Positions 10,351 to 19,618 of a stretch of 64,000 bases of DNA are shown here, piece by piece (position 1 is the stretch's first letter; each line of letters begins with the position of its first letter). The position numbers and the translations under genes are program-made. The notes under the pieces are model-generated. The model did no database searches. It was not told where the DNA came from and worked only from the letters and a program-made list of their open reading frames with translations. Origin of the DNA: Fibrobacterales bacterium (GTDB lineage Bacteria; Fibrobacterota; Fibrobacteria; Fibrobacterales; JAOPTW01); contig JAOPTX010000023.1 of assembly GCA_051532055.1 (NCBI GenBank), positions 1 through 64,000 of the forward strand. Direction: 5' to 3'.

Positions 10351-11115
10351 TTACACCTCTACTCTCGTTGACTCATTCAAACCCCCTCTAAAAACCTCTA
10401 CAAGGTTTCTAGTACCATCAATTCCCCTATCTATTGTATCTGATTGCCCTTGATACATATCAGAGATAGTATTCAGTCTCTGATCAATTTTATCAAGAAG
10501 CGCAAGCCAATCTTCTATCATCGAGCCATCAAGAGCTGCTCGATAGTTACAGTGACACGGGTCTAAAATTGCAAAACCTGCACTGGGAGATTCTACAACA
10601 TTCTGTTCGATTTCAATGAGCTGAATGGAAAGTTCAAAAGACTGCACCTGATTTACTGAAAATTTATTTGATACCCCACTCCAAACATCTTGAATACCTT
10701 TTGAATCCCTAGGTGTTACAAGAGAGGGCCTTCCTACAAGAGCCGCACTCGCATTGACCAAATCATCTAACCGGTTGTTCTCATTTTTACCCACACCAAG
10801 CATTTCGTGTATTGAATTGAGCACTTTCTGCTTCATTTCAGATATGAGATTATAAAACTGTGCAGGTTTATCGGCTGCATCAATTTTTTTCATGAGTGCT
10901 GCATGATCAATCAACTCTTGTTGCACAGGATTCAAGTCTTTTAACAGCCCCGAGCCATGCATTTGCCCTGTTCTCACTTCTTCATATTCAAAAGAAATCT
11001 CTTTTGAAACAAATTGTGATTGTTGTGATAATGCCGTATTAAATCCTGATACGGGAACACTTTTCGAAGTGATTGAAAAATCGAGTTGTGAAAACTCTGT
11101 GGTTTGCACATACAT
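10351..11115 (-). CDS. Hypothetical protein
   Basis: 254-aa ORF with an AAGGA SD, a sigma54 promoter and a downstream terminator. Confidence 0.75.
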   Translation of the reverse strand: MYVQTTEFSQLDFSITSKSVPVSGFNTALSQQSQFVSKEISFEYEEVRTGQMHGSGLLKDLNPVQQELIDHAALMKKIDAADKPAQFYNLISEMKQKVLNSIHEMLGVGKNENNRLDDLVNASAALVGRPSLVTPRDSKGIQDVWSGVSNKFSVNQVQSFELSIQLIEIEQNVVESPSAGFAILDPCHCNYRAALDGSMIEDWLALLDKIDQRLNTISDMYQGQSDTIDRGIDGTRNLVEVFRGGLNESTRVEV

Positions 11116-11180
11116 AGCTACATCCTTATAGTTTAAGAAGAACTCTTCCCTAATTCTTCGTCTTATCTTTTAACTATTAG

Positions 11181-11196
11181 TGCAAACAGTGTGCCA
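11181..11196 (-). promoter_or_regulatory. Sigma54 (-24/-12) promoter TGGCAC-ACTGT-TTGCA
   Basis: Exact match to TGGCAC-N5-TTGCW, 65 bp upstream of the ATG at 11115. Confidence 0.85.
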
Positions 11197-11460
11197 AAAA
11201 AGACTGAATGGCCCTTTTGAGATAATTTTAACCCTATTTTAATTTCTTAAAGCAAACATTAAATAGGTACTCACTTTTACTTTTAAAGGAATAGTAACTA
11301 TCAAATGAGGCTTAATTGGTGAACGACTACATAAGGAAATTTATTCCTCAGAAGACCCAATATGAAAGGCATCATTTTCAGCTCTGGTTTATTTATAATC
11401 CCTATGTTACCCATTGAAGCACTCGATCGTTTAATAGTTGTATTTAACTATATTTGACAA

Positions 11461-13269
11461 ATGAACATGACCGATGCACTTCCCCTACTTAAAAAACACT
11501 TTGGCTACGATAGCTTTAGGCCTTTTCAATCCGACATAATCCAGTCAATTCTTAATAAAAAAGATACTCTTGTGATTATGCCTACTGGAGGTGGTAAATC
11601 ACTCTGTTTTCAATTACCCGCTATTATGATGCCCGGTACTTGTATCGTTGTTTCCCCCCTCATTGCCCTTATGAAAGACCAAGTGGAAGGACTCCATGAA
11701 AACGGTATTGCTGCCTCTTTTTTGAACAGTTCACAGAGCAGTGATGAACAGAGAGAGGTTTGGAATTCACTTCGTGAGGGAACACTTGACTTACTGTATA
11801 TCTCTCCCGAAAAACTTGTAACGGCTCATTTTCTTGATGCACTCAGTGAAGCACATATTAATATGATCGCTATTGACGAAGCACACTGTATTTCTATGTG
11901 GGGTCATGATTTTAGGCCTGAATATACTCGGATGGCCACCCTTAAAGGCCGATTTCCAAGTATTCCCTTTGTTGCACTCACTGCTACTGCAGACCGTATT
12001 ACTCAAAATGATATCTGCCAGCAACTAACGTTAGAATCTCCTGAACGATTTCTTGCGTCCTTTGACCGACCCAATATACGATTGACTGTACTTCCAGGAA
12101 AGAAACGCTTTGAAGCGATTCTTGGGTTTATCAGGAAAAAAAGTGGAGATTCAGGAATTATCTACTGCCTCAGCAGAAAGTCAACCGAAAAGATTGCTGA
12201 AAAATTACAAGCAAAAGGAATTAATGCAGGTTTTTATCATGCAGGAATGGATGCCGCTGACCGTGCCCATATTCAAGAAGAGTTTATCGCTGACCGTTTG
12301 CAAATAATTTGTGCAACCATAGCCTTTGGCATGGGAATTGACAAATCAAATGTCCGTTGGGTTATACACTTTAACCTGCCTAAAAATATAGAAGGCTACT
12401 ACCAAGAGATCGGCCGTGCAGGACGTGATGGGCTTCCCAGTGAGGCACTCCTCTTTTATAGTATTGCCGACGTGATGCTCCTGAAAGGATTCATTGAAGA
12501 TAGTGGGCAACGAGATGTCCTCCACAATAAATTACAACGTATGCAAGACTATGCTGACTCAAGTACTTGCCGAAGAAAAATACTGCTGAGTTACTTTAAT
12601 GAGCATCTCCATGAAAACTGCGCTAACTGTGATGTTTGTAAAAACCCTCCAAAAACATTCGATGGCACCATCCATACCCAAAAAGCTCTGTCTGCAATTA
12701 TCAGAATCAAAGAACCAGTATCTACCAATATATTAGTAGATGTACTCAGAGGTTCACAACGACGCGAAATTATTGAGCGCGGCTTTCACACCATTAAAAC
12801 CTACGGAGCAGGATCTGATGTCTCTTTTGACAACTGGCGACACTACTTACTGCAAATGATTCATCAAGGCTACATTGAACCCACCTACGGAAGTAATCCA
12901 GCCTTAAGAGTCACTGAGCCTGGTACAGAAGTCCTCCTCAAAGGTAAAGCAGTCTCACTCGTAGAACCTGCAGAACAACAAAAATTTAATGAGTCTAAAG
13001 AGGCCCCATCTGCAGCATTTGATGATGGAGTCTTTGACCCCCTCTATTTTGCAATGTTAAAAGGACTCCGAAAAGAAATTGCGGATTCTAAAAGTATTCC
13101 AGCTTATCTTGTCTTCTCTGATGCAACGCTCAGGCAGATGTCTTCTCTTCAACCCATTACAGACGAACAATTTTTAGCTATTAATGGGGTAGGTGAAAAG
13201 AAGCTTATGGAGTATGGTGATGCATTTATTAATGCTATTCTCGATTTGCAGACCTCAGCCAAAGTGTAG
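11461..13269 (+). CDS. recQ: ATP-dependent DNA helicase RecQ
   Basis: MPTGGGKSLC, DEAHC, QEIGRAGRDG, Zn-binding cysteines, RQC and HRDC domains. Confidence 0.98.
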   Translation: MNMTDALPLLKKHFGYDSFRPFQSDIIQSILNKKDTLVIMPTGGGKSLCFQLPAIMMPGTCIVVSPLIALMKDQVEGLHENGIAASFLNSSQSSDEQREVWNSLREGTLDLLYISPEKLVTAHFLDALSEAHINMIAIDEAHCISMWGHDFRPEYTRMATLKGRFPSIPFVALTATADRITQNDICQQLTLESPERFLASFDRPNIRLTVLPGKKRFEAILGFIRKKSGDSGIIYCLSRKSTEKIAEKLQAKGINAGFYHAGMDAADRAHIQEEFIADRLQIICATIAFGMGIDKSNVRWVIHFNLPKNIEGYYQEIGRAGRDGLPSEALLFYSIADVMLLKGFIEDSGQRDVLHNKLQRMQDYADSSTCRRKILLSYFNEHLHENCANCDVCKNPPKTFDGTIHTQKALSAIIRIKEPVSTNILVDVLRGSQRREIIERGFHTIKTYGAGSDVSFDNWRHYLLQMIHQGYIEPTYGSNPALRVTEPGTEVLLKGKAVSLVEPAEQQKFNESKEAPSAAFDDGVFDPLYFAMLKGLRKEIADSKSIPAYLVFSDATLRQMSSLQPITDEQFLAINGVGEKKLMEYGDAFINAILDLQTSAKV

Positions 13270-13421
13270 CTCTCCAGAAAGACCACTTAAACCATTTCCC
13301 TTTTCATATATGATAAACTCACTTCAAAACTGTAATCATTACTCTTAGTTTGTTGATTTACCCTACCAAATAGTTACTTTCAATTAAAACAAATAATTGA
13401 CAATATACATAGGAGTAACAC

Positions 13422-13934
13422 ATGGCTAAAATTACACTAAAAAATGAAATAACTTCAGACTCAATCGGCGAACTTCCAGCAATTGGCTCATCAGCACCAG
13501 CTCTAACCCTTGTAGCAGGTGACCTCAGCGAAAAATCTCTTGAAGATTTTGCGGGTAAGAAAAAACTTCTTAATATCGTTCCTTCACTTGATACTGCAGT
13601 ATGTGCAACATCTACAAGAAAATTCAACGAAACTGCTGCGAGCGATACTGTTGCTGTACTCGTTATTTCGGCCGACCTCCCTTTTGCTCAAGGTCGCTTT
13701 TGCTCGACTGAAGGTATTGAAAATGTAACAGCACTCTCTACATTCAGAAGCTCTTTTGGCAAAGATTATGGCGTAGAAATTGTTGAAGGCCCTCTCGCAG
13801 GACTTACTGCACGTTCAGTTGTTGTTTTGGATGAGGACAATAAAGTGATTTACACTGAACAACTACCAGAAATCACTCAAGAACCTAATTACGACGCAGC
13901 ACTTGAAAGTCTTGGTATTAAAGCTACTGCCTAG
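13422..13934 (+). CDS. tpx: Thiol peroxidase (atypical 2-Cys peroxiredoxin)
   Basis: [28 protein letters not shown]. Confidence 0.96.
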   Translation: MAKITLKNEITSDSIGELPAIGSSAPALTLVAGDLSEKSLEDFAGKKKLLNIVPSLDTAVCATSTRKFNETAASDTVAVLVISADLPFAQGRFCSTEGIENVTALSTFRSSFGKDYGVEIVEGPLAGLTARSVVVLDEDNKVIYTEQLPEITQEPNYDAALESLGIKATA

Positions 13935-13969
13935 TATGATTCTTTACATTTTTCTCTTTTAGAGAATAC

Positions 13970-13998
13970 AAAGGCTACAGATTATTCTGTGGCCTTTT
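13970..13998 (+). terminator. Terminator after tpx
   Basis: AAAGGCTACAGA-TTAT-TCTGTGGCCTTTT. Confidence 0.8.
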
Positions 13999-14049
13999 CA
14001 ATTTAAACGTTTATACTACGTCTAAATTTTTAGGAATATTATTTAAGGA

Positions 14050-14146
14050 AAACAAAAAAGCCGCTCGGGCAGAACGGCTTTTTGTCTTTTTTATCATTGA
14101 TAATCATCAGATGTCAAACATATAAGCGGTAGGTATCAAATCATGT
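14050..14146 (-). ncRNA. Candidate small RNA (about 95 nt)
   Basis: Orphan minus-strand terminator at 14054-14083, TATACT -10 at 14158-14153 and a CRP-like box upstream; only 4-codon mini-ORFs inside. Confidence 0.45.
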
Positions 14147-14177
14147 ACATAAAGTATATTTATCGACTTAAAGTGTC

Positions 14178-14193
14178 TGTGACGGCTGTCACA
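14178..14193. promoter_or_regulatory. Perfect CRP-type site TGTGA-CGGCTG-TCACA
   Basis: Exact TGTGA-N6-TCACA in an intergenic region. Confidence 0.65.
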
Positions 14194-14364
14194 TTGTTGT
14201 GAAATCGCTTTTTTTACTAAGAATTAATAGGATCCTCTTAAAGAATAGCTCCTGTATGTATCTGTAACAGTATCTGTTTCAAAGAGATTCATTGGATTGT
14301 TCCAAGTTGCAATACTTGGTATTTCACAAGTCCATATTGCCCATGTTTTTACTTTCTCCTTTTT

Positions 14365-14380
14365 TGGCACACTATTTGAT
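14365..14380 (+). promoter_or_regulatory. Sigma54-type promoter TGGCAC-ACTAT-TTGAT
   Basis: Perfect -24 box and a variant -12 box, 49 bp upstream of hsp20. Confidence 0.65.
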
Positions 14381-14429
14381 TAACACTATATCATAACAAC
14401 AAACCAAAACAACACTCAAGGAGGACATA

Positions 14430-14828
14430 ATGTCTTATTACGTATCAACACCTGCAAAATCTCTTCTCGACAACTTTTTTAAAACACCCGTTGTGACAAG
14501 AGACAGTATCACTCCAAAAGTCGACGTATACTCTGATGACAAAGCCTATTATCTTGAGGTAGATCTTCCGGGCTTTGCTAAGGATTCTATTGCTGTGGAG
14601 GTAAAGGATACTACACTCACTATCAGTGCCACAAATGAAAATAAAGAAGAAAAAAAAGAACGAGATTATCACATTAGAGAGCGTTCCTTCCGTAATTTTG
14701 AGCGTTCATTCAAGCTTGGAGAAACTCTTAACGCAGAGAATATTAGCGCCAAACATAAAAATGGTGTACTTACAGTTATCGTAGATAAAAAAGAGAACGT
14801 ACTCCCAAAAAAGATTACAGTAGATTAG
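14430..14828 (+). CDS. Hsp20/alpha-crystallin small heat-shock protein
   Basis: P.VDV, DLPG, RER.F..F.RSF.L, A...NGVL.V. Confidence 0.95.
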   Translation: MSYYVSTPAKSLLDNFFKTPVVTRDSITPKVDVYSDDKAYYLEVDLPGFAKDSIAVEVKDTTLTISATNENKEEKKERDYHIRERSFRNFERSFKLGETLNAENISAKHKNGVLTVIVDKKENVLPKKITVD

Positions 14829-14853
14829 CATGCCTTATGCATTAACACTCTCA

Positions 14854-14889
14854 ATAATAAACACAGCTTTATTTGCTGTGTTTATTATT
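14854..14889 (+). terminator. Terminator after hsp20
   Basis: ATAATAAACACAGC..GCTGTGTTTATTAT inverted repeat. Confidence 0.7.
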
Positions 14890-14999
14890 TGTGATATCAG
14901 TACTATACTTGTAATATTTTAGGTAACAATTTCAATTTATTGTTGTCTAAAAATTTCTGCATCTCTATATTTTAGATAATCCCTAAAACTGGTATATCT

Positions 15000-16265
15000 A
15001 TGGCTATTACACAACTCCTCGACTTCCTCAATGTGAGTATTTCACCCTATCACGCTGTTGAGAGCGCACGAACAGCTCTGACAAATCAAGGGTTTACAGA
15101 ACTTACAGAGTCAGAAAAATGGATCATAGAACCGAAGAAATCCTATTTTGTGTGCCGGGAAGACTCCTCATTTATAGCCTTTAAAACACCACAGTCAGTT
15201 GCAAAAATAAAAACAGCAATCATTGGCTCTCATACGGATTCACCTACATTAAAAATAAAGCCGAACCCAGAAATACAAAAAGTAGGCTACCACTCCCTAG
15301 CAATAGAAGTATATGGGAGCCCTATATTTACAACATGGCTTGACAGAAGTTTAAAATGGGCAGGTGTAGTGGTATATGACGATTCAAAGGGTAACACTAT
15401 AACCAAAAAGGTTTCTACAAAACATTCTTTTCGCATTCCTCAACTTGCGATTCATATTAATAGAGGCGTTAATAGTGAAGGCCAAAAACTCAATCCCCAA
15501 TTTGAACTCAACCCTATGATAGGACTCGGGAGTACCGCTCTCGAATTTGAAAAGGTCCTCAAGAAAGAATGTGGGATAAACGGTCATGTACTCAGTTGGG
15601 ACCTGGGTCTCTACGAAGATTCTCTGGCGCACCTTGGTGGCATGCAAGAAGAATTTGTGTTTGGAGGCCGACAAGATAACCTGGTAATGGTTTCAGCTTC
15701 ACTTGACGCACTCTGCAGTACTCCTTATTCAAAAAACAATCTTCAATGTATTGCTGCATTCAATCATGAAGAAATTGGGAGTAGTACTCGAACCGGTGCT
15801 GACTCAGGATTTTTAGACACTACTCTAAAAAGAGCCTACCGCTCACTGGGACTTTCTGATGAAGCATTTGATATCTCTATGGCAAATTCTTATGCAATTT
15901 CAGCTGATGGCGCCCATGCTGTTCATCCAAATCTTTCAGAAAAACATGATGCTAATCATAGGCCAATGATGAACAAGGGACCCGTGATCAAAGTGAACTC
16001 AAATATGCGTTATACTTCTACTCCAGAAACTATTGCTCGATTTAAAAAGTTATGCGATCAATGTAAAGTCCCCTATCAGCAGTTTTCTTCACGAAATGAC
16101 ATCCCCTGTGGAAGTACTATAGGAAACATGCTGAGCATGAGTCTAGGCGTTCCAACAGTAGATGTCGGTTCAGCAATGCTCGCAATGCATTCATGTAGTG
16201 AAACAACAGGCTCCAAAGACTATGATAACATGATACGAGTATTCAAAGAGTGTCTCAGATATTAA
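15000..16265 (+). CDS. apeB: M18 family aspartyl aminopeptidase
   Basis: SPYHAV, HTDSP, DN, HEEIGS, SADGAHAVHPN, CGSTIG, LAMHS. Confidence 0.9.
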   Translation: MAITQLLDFLNVSISPYHAVESARTALTNQGFTELTESEKWIIEPKKSYFVCREDSSFIAFKTPQSVAKIKTAIIGSHTDSPTLKIKPNPEIQKVGYHSLAIEVYGSPIFTTWLDRSLKWAGVVVYDDSKGNTITKKVSTKHSFRIPQLAIHINRGVNSEGQKLNPQFELNPMIGLGSTALEFEKVLKKECGINGHVLSWDLGLYEDSLAHLGGMQEEFVFGGRQDNLVMVSASLDALCSTPYSKNNLQCIAAFNHEEIGSSTRTGADSGFLDTTLKRAYRSLGLSDEAFDISMANSYAISADGAHAVHPNLSEKHDANHRPMMNKGPVIKVNSNMRYTSTPETIARFKKLCDQCKVPYQQFSSRNDIPCGSTIGNMLSMSLGVPTVDVGSAMLAMHSCSETTGSKDYDNMIRVFKECLRY

Positions 16266-16272
16266 GAGGTTT

Positions 16273-16818
16273 TTAATACTCTTCTATATGATCAAGTCGT
16301 TCAATCAAGTCATCCCAAAATTGCTTCTGTACCAATGTCTGATAAAGAGCCTCATCATTCTTGATGAGGCTTATGATTGTAGACTGAATCCGCTGAAGTA
16401 CTCCTAAAGTGTAAGAGCATCGTGCTAAAGAGTACATTACTTCATTTACATACTCTCTACGATCAATACGCGTCTCAGGATATTCTAATAAGAGAAGTGC
16501 ATCTTGCATCTTGCTTAAGAAAGAATCGTATAGTTCTCGACTTAATTCAGCTTTGAGAAAAGTTGCAAGAGTTGCTTTTTGAGCTTTCATTGCAAAGAGG
16601 AAGACCAGTTCTAATTGAGCATTATAATCTGCATTTTGTTGAGCAATAACCGCATCAGGATTACTTTCATGTGCAACCCCAAAGAGCACTCCCTTTTCCC
16701 TTGGGAGAAATTCTACAAAATCAGGTTGGTACTCGTTCGAGGCTTTAATTTCTTGATGTGATGAACATCCAAAAAAAAGAAAATAGACAAAAATAAAAAA
16801 AGGGGAGGAATACCTCAT
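16273..16818 (-). CDS. Hypothetical lipoprotein (LPP20-like)
   Basis: Lipobox FFGC; GVA..S....A...A...A..EL pattern. Confidence 0.7.
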   Translation of the reverse strand: MRYSSPFFIFVYFLFFGCSSHQEIKASNEYQPDFVEFLPREKGVLFGVAHESNPDAVIAQQNADYNAQLELVFLFAMKAQKATLATFLKAELSRELYDSFLSKMQDALLLLEYPETRIDRREYVNEVMYSLARCSYTLGVLQRIQSTIISLIKNDEALYQTLVQKQFWDDLIERLDHIEEY

Positions 16819-16958
16819 TTACCTATCTCTACATCAAGTTCATCATACGCTTCCTGGGCGCGTTCTCTAATTTTATCGACAGAACTATTTTTTTCGGAAG
16901 TACTACTACAACCAAAGAAAAGCATTGCCGTAAGTAATAGTATATAACTCTTCATCAT
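16815..16958 (-). CDS. Small lipoprotein, 47 aa (missed by ORF track)
   Basis: MMKSYILLLTAMLFFGCSSTSEKNSSVDKIRERAQEAYDELDVEIGK; AAGGGG SD; stop overlaps the next start (ATGA). Confidence 0.8.
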   Translation of the reverse strand: MMKSYILLLTAMLFFGCSSTSEKNSSVDKIRERAQEAYDELDVEIGK

Positions 16959-16963
16959 TCCCC

Positions 16964-18304
16964 TTATTTACACAGTTCTCTATGCAATTCATGAAACTTA
17001 CTTGATAGTTTACTCTTTTTTATGGCTTGAAGTACAGCTTTTTCTTCACCTTTTGCCAGCGCACGACTATTCATGATAGTTGACCCAATCAAATCTTTTC
17101 CTCTATGGGCTTTTAATGAAAGAGATGTCTTAACCTTTACAAATGAACTCCCTGCCGACACCCCCTGTACTGAAGTGAGAACGACACTCTCTACCCCAAT
17201 ACTTAATTGGTTCTGAGCCCCCAACGTATGAACAATACCATATTCTTTAAAAAATGATACTATCGCTTGTTTTATTTTTCCATCGGAAGCTCTACTTTTA
17301 TTATTGATATATAGATCGACAATACAATTCTTTGGGTTTACTCGATAAGAGAAAAAGAGGGCTTTCTCTTTTACTATTTCACTATAGCCCCCCGCTAGAC
17401 CTCCTTCAATCTGAATACTATACGTCTGTTTCCCCGACTCTTGACTCAATGTACTCAGTTCAAACTCCGCAATACCGACTTCGTTTGTAATAGCGGTACT
17501 TATTTGCTTCAATAAAGGATTAAGAGCCACAAGACGAACTCCTCTCACTCCTTTACCCTTCATAGTAAGTTTAACATGTATAGGATTAGGAGTATTTGTT
17601 CCATCAAGAACTTGATTACTGCCAGATACCATTTCTAACGATGTCGACAAAAGGGCATTTTCTTGCAGTATTCCAATCTGAGTATAAGTCACTTTAACTT
17701 CATCAACACTATTTAATTGTGCTACAGCACTTAAAAGAACTCTTTCCTCTTCTATCAAAGAAATCAACTCTTTTGCCGCCTGTATGTGACGCCCTCCAAC
17801 ACGAAGTTCACCTGCTCCATATGCTCTCTTAGCAGCTGAAACACTCTCCTCCAATGCTCTATTTTTCTCACTAATCATAAGGGAGAGGTTTGAGGAAAAG
17901 CTCGCTCTATTTAAAGCTGCAAAAGCATAAAACACCCCACCTTTTTCCATAGTTTTAACAATTTCTATCCCTTTTATTTCACCACTGATACTTACTCGTG
18001 CACTCTTTGAAAATGAATCACTCAGAGCACTTTTATCATTAATAGATACTTCTGATAACTTTTGTTTTGAAGTAGAGCTCACTCGAGCAACAATTTGTTG
18101 TTGCACTGCAACCTGTGCATTTTGCCGAGCTTCATCAAGGTTTTTAGTAGACCTACCCACGGCACTTATAAAATGACTTTTGGGATATGAATTTAATTCA
18201 CCTGAGTCTATCCATGAGGATTCAGCCCATATGTGACTCATAAAAAAAAGCAGTATACACATTATTGATGTAACTGCTCTTACCTGCTGACTGACTTCAA
18301 TCAT
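16964..18304 (-). CDS. Exported protein with N-terminal LPP20-like domain and an Ig-like middle region
   Basis: W...YP...FISAVG.S....ARQNA.......I..RV.S LPP20 pattern; start set at ATG 18304 (AAGGA SD). Confidence 0.7.
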   Translation of the reverse strand: MIEVSQQVRAVTSIMCILLFFMSHIWAESSWIDSGELNSYPKSHFISAVGRSTKNLDEARQNAQVAVQQQIVARVSSTSKQKLSEVSINDKSALSDSFSKSARVSISGEIKGIEIVKTMEKGGVFYAFAALNRASFSSNLSLMISEKNRALEESVSAAKRAYGAGELRVGGRHIQAAKELISLIEEERVLLSAVAQLNSVDEVKVTYTQIGILQENALLSTSLEMVSGSNQVLDGTNTPNPIHVKLTMKGKGVRGVRLVALNPLLKQISTAITNEVGIAEFELSTLSQESGKQTYSIQIEGGLAGGYSEIVKEKALFFSYRVNPKNCIVDLYINNKSRASDGKIKQAIVSFFKEYGIVHTLGAQNQLSIGVESVVLTSVQGVSAGSSFVKVKTSLSLKAHRGKDLIGSTIMNSRALAKGEEKAVLQAIKKSKLSSKFHELHRELCK

Positions 18305-18376
18305 AGATTTTCCTTTCAACACCTATTACAATCAGAAATTATAACCCTCTGACTGCAATAGAGTCATTATTACTAG

Positions 18377-19597
18377 TTATTCGATTCCGATCAATATCAG
18401 CTTTCTGTTCAAGGTAATTTTTCTGGCTTTGATTCCTTTACTTCCGAGCTTTCTTTTATAATGGCGGTATATTTTTGAAGACTTATCAAAAGTATCTGGT
18501 GAACCCCATACATTATAATCCATTGTCTTTTTAGTAATAACATTTTCTTTGCTCTTACTAAAAGCAGCCTCAGTTACATCGGCTACAGCAAATTGAATAT
18601 TTTCCAATTGATCACCTTCGTAGTCACCCAACATTCTAAAAATGAGTTTGTACTGAAGTCCTCGTTCTAAATCTTTAGTCCAATAATTATTAACGCGCTG
18701 TAGGACTTTATCAATAGCGTCTGCAAGTCCCTCTTCTATTAGTGCCTCTGGAGCTGCACCTGGACGATTTTTACTGTAACCTGTTTCCGCCCCAAGAAGA
18801 CGAGCAGTCGTCGTTTCATAAGCTTTAACACTCACGCTTGCTTTGTTGTTTTTAACAGTACCTGCAAAAGATATATAGACATCAGCACCTATAGAAAGAG
18901 CAAGTTGATAACTCACATCTTCTTCTGATTCATTTCCAAGTTCTAACCCTGCAATAGTATTTACTTGCTCAAGCTGTTTAGGTACGACAACATCGTATTG
19001 GCGTGCAGTAAGGTAACTTTCAATAGTAGTTGCAGCATGTTTTGCGTAAGGATTCGTATTATACACATCCATAACTGATGTTTTTGTTGATGTTTCGGGA
19101 ACGACCATTATAAAAGGCATACCTTGTGACTCAGCAAGTTCAGTTGATGAAGTAACCACACCACGCTCAACCATTCTGTCCGTTACATTCTTTTTGTTAA
19201 CACGAAACATTTTCGTAACTTTAATGCCACGAGGAGTGCGCACCTGGCTGATAACTTTGTCTGACTCCCAAGTAATATACTTCTGAACATCTGCAAAAAA
19301 TTGTTCTTGGAAAAGTTCAAATTTCATTTTACCCTCTTTACTATTTATGATTCCATCAGAACCACCATAAAGAATATAATATACTGCCGCACGTTTTGCG
19401 TCGAGTAACGCACCTGCCACATCCTCATCTCCATTGCCATAGCCTACAGCTTTAATTGTAACTTCAGCCGGACTATAGGTTTCAACAAATGCTGATTCCA
19501 TTGATTTTGGCATATTCGATTGAGGGGCACTCTGTTTTGAGGCACAGCCCATAACAACCAGTGATATCGCAACGAGCGATGACAGTAAATACTTCAT
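18377..19597 (-). CDS. Lipoprotein, DUF6175-like
   Basis: Lipobox VMGC; PFIMVVP, GADVYI and AYETTTARLLG motifs. Confidence 0.65.
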   Translation of the reverse strand: MKYLLSSLVAISLVVMGCASKQSAPQSNMPKSMESAFVETYSPAEVTIKAVGYGNGDEDVAGALLDAKRAAVYYILYGGSDGIINSKEGKMKFELFQEQFFADVQKYITWESDKVISQVRTPRGIKVTKMFRVNKKNVTDRMVERGVVTSSTELAESQGMPFIMVVPETSTKTSVMDVYNTNPYAKHAATTIESYLTARQYDVVVPKQLEQVNTIAGLELGNESEEDVSYQLALSIGADVYISFAGTVKNNKASVSVKAYETTTARLLGAETGYSKNRPGAAPEALIEEGLADAIDKVLQRVNNYWTKDLERGLQYKLIFRMLGDYEGDQLENIQFAVADVTEAAFSKSKENVITKKTMDYNVWGSPDTFDKSSKIYRHYKRKLGSKGIKARKITLNRKLILIGIE

Positions 19598-19618
19598 TAT
19601 TTTCTCCTTTGGGTTTGA

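Noticed and set aside
14092..14112. Fur box-like TGATAATCAT
   Set aside because: Only one half-site matches, and it lies inside the putative sRNA rather than at a promoter
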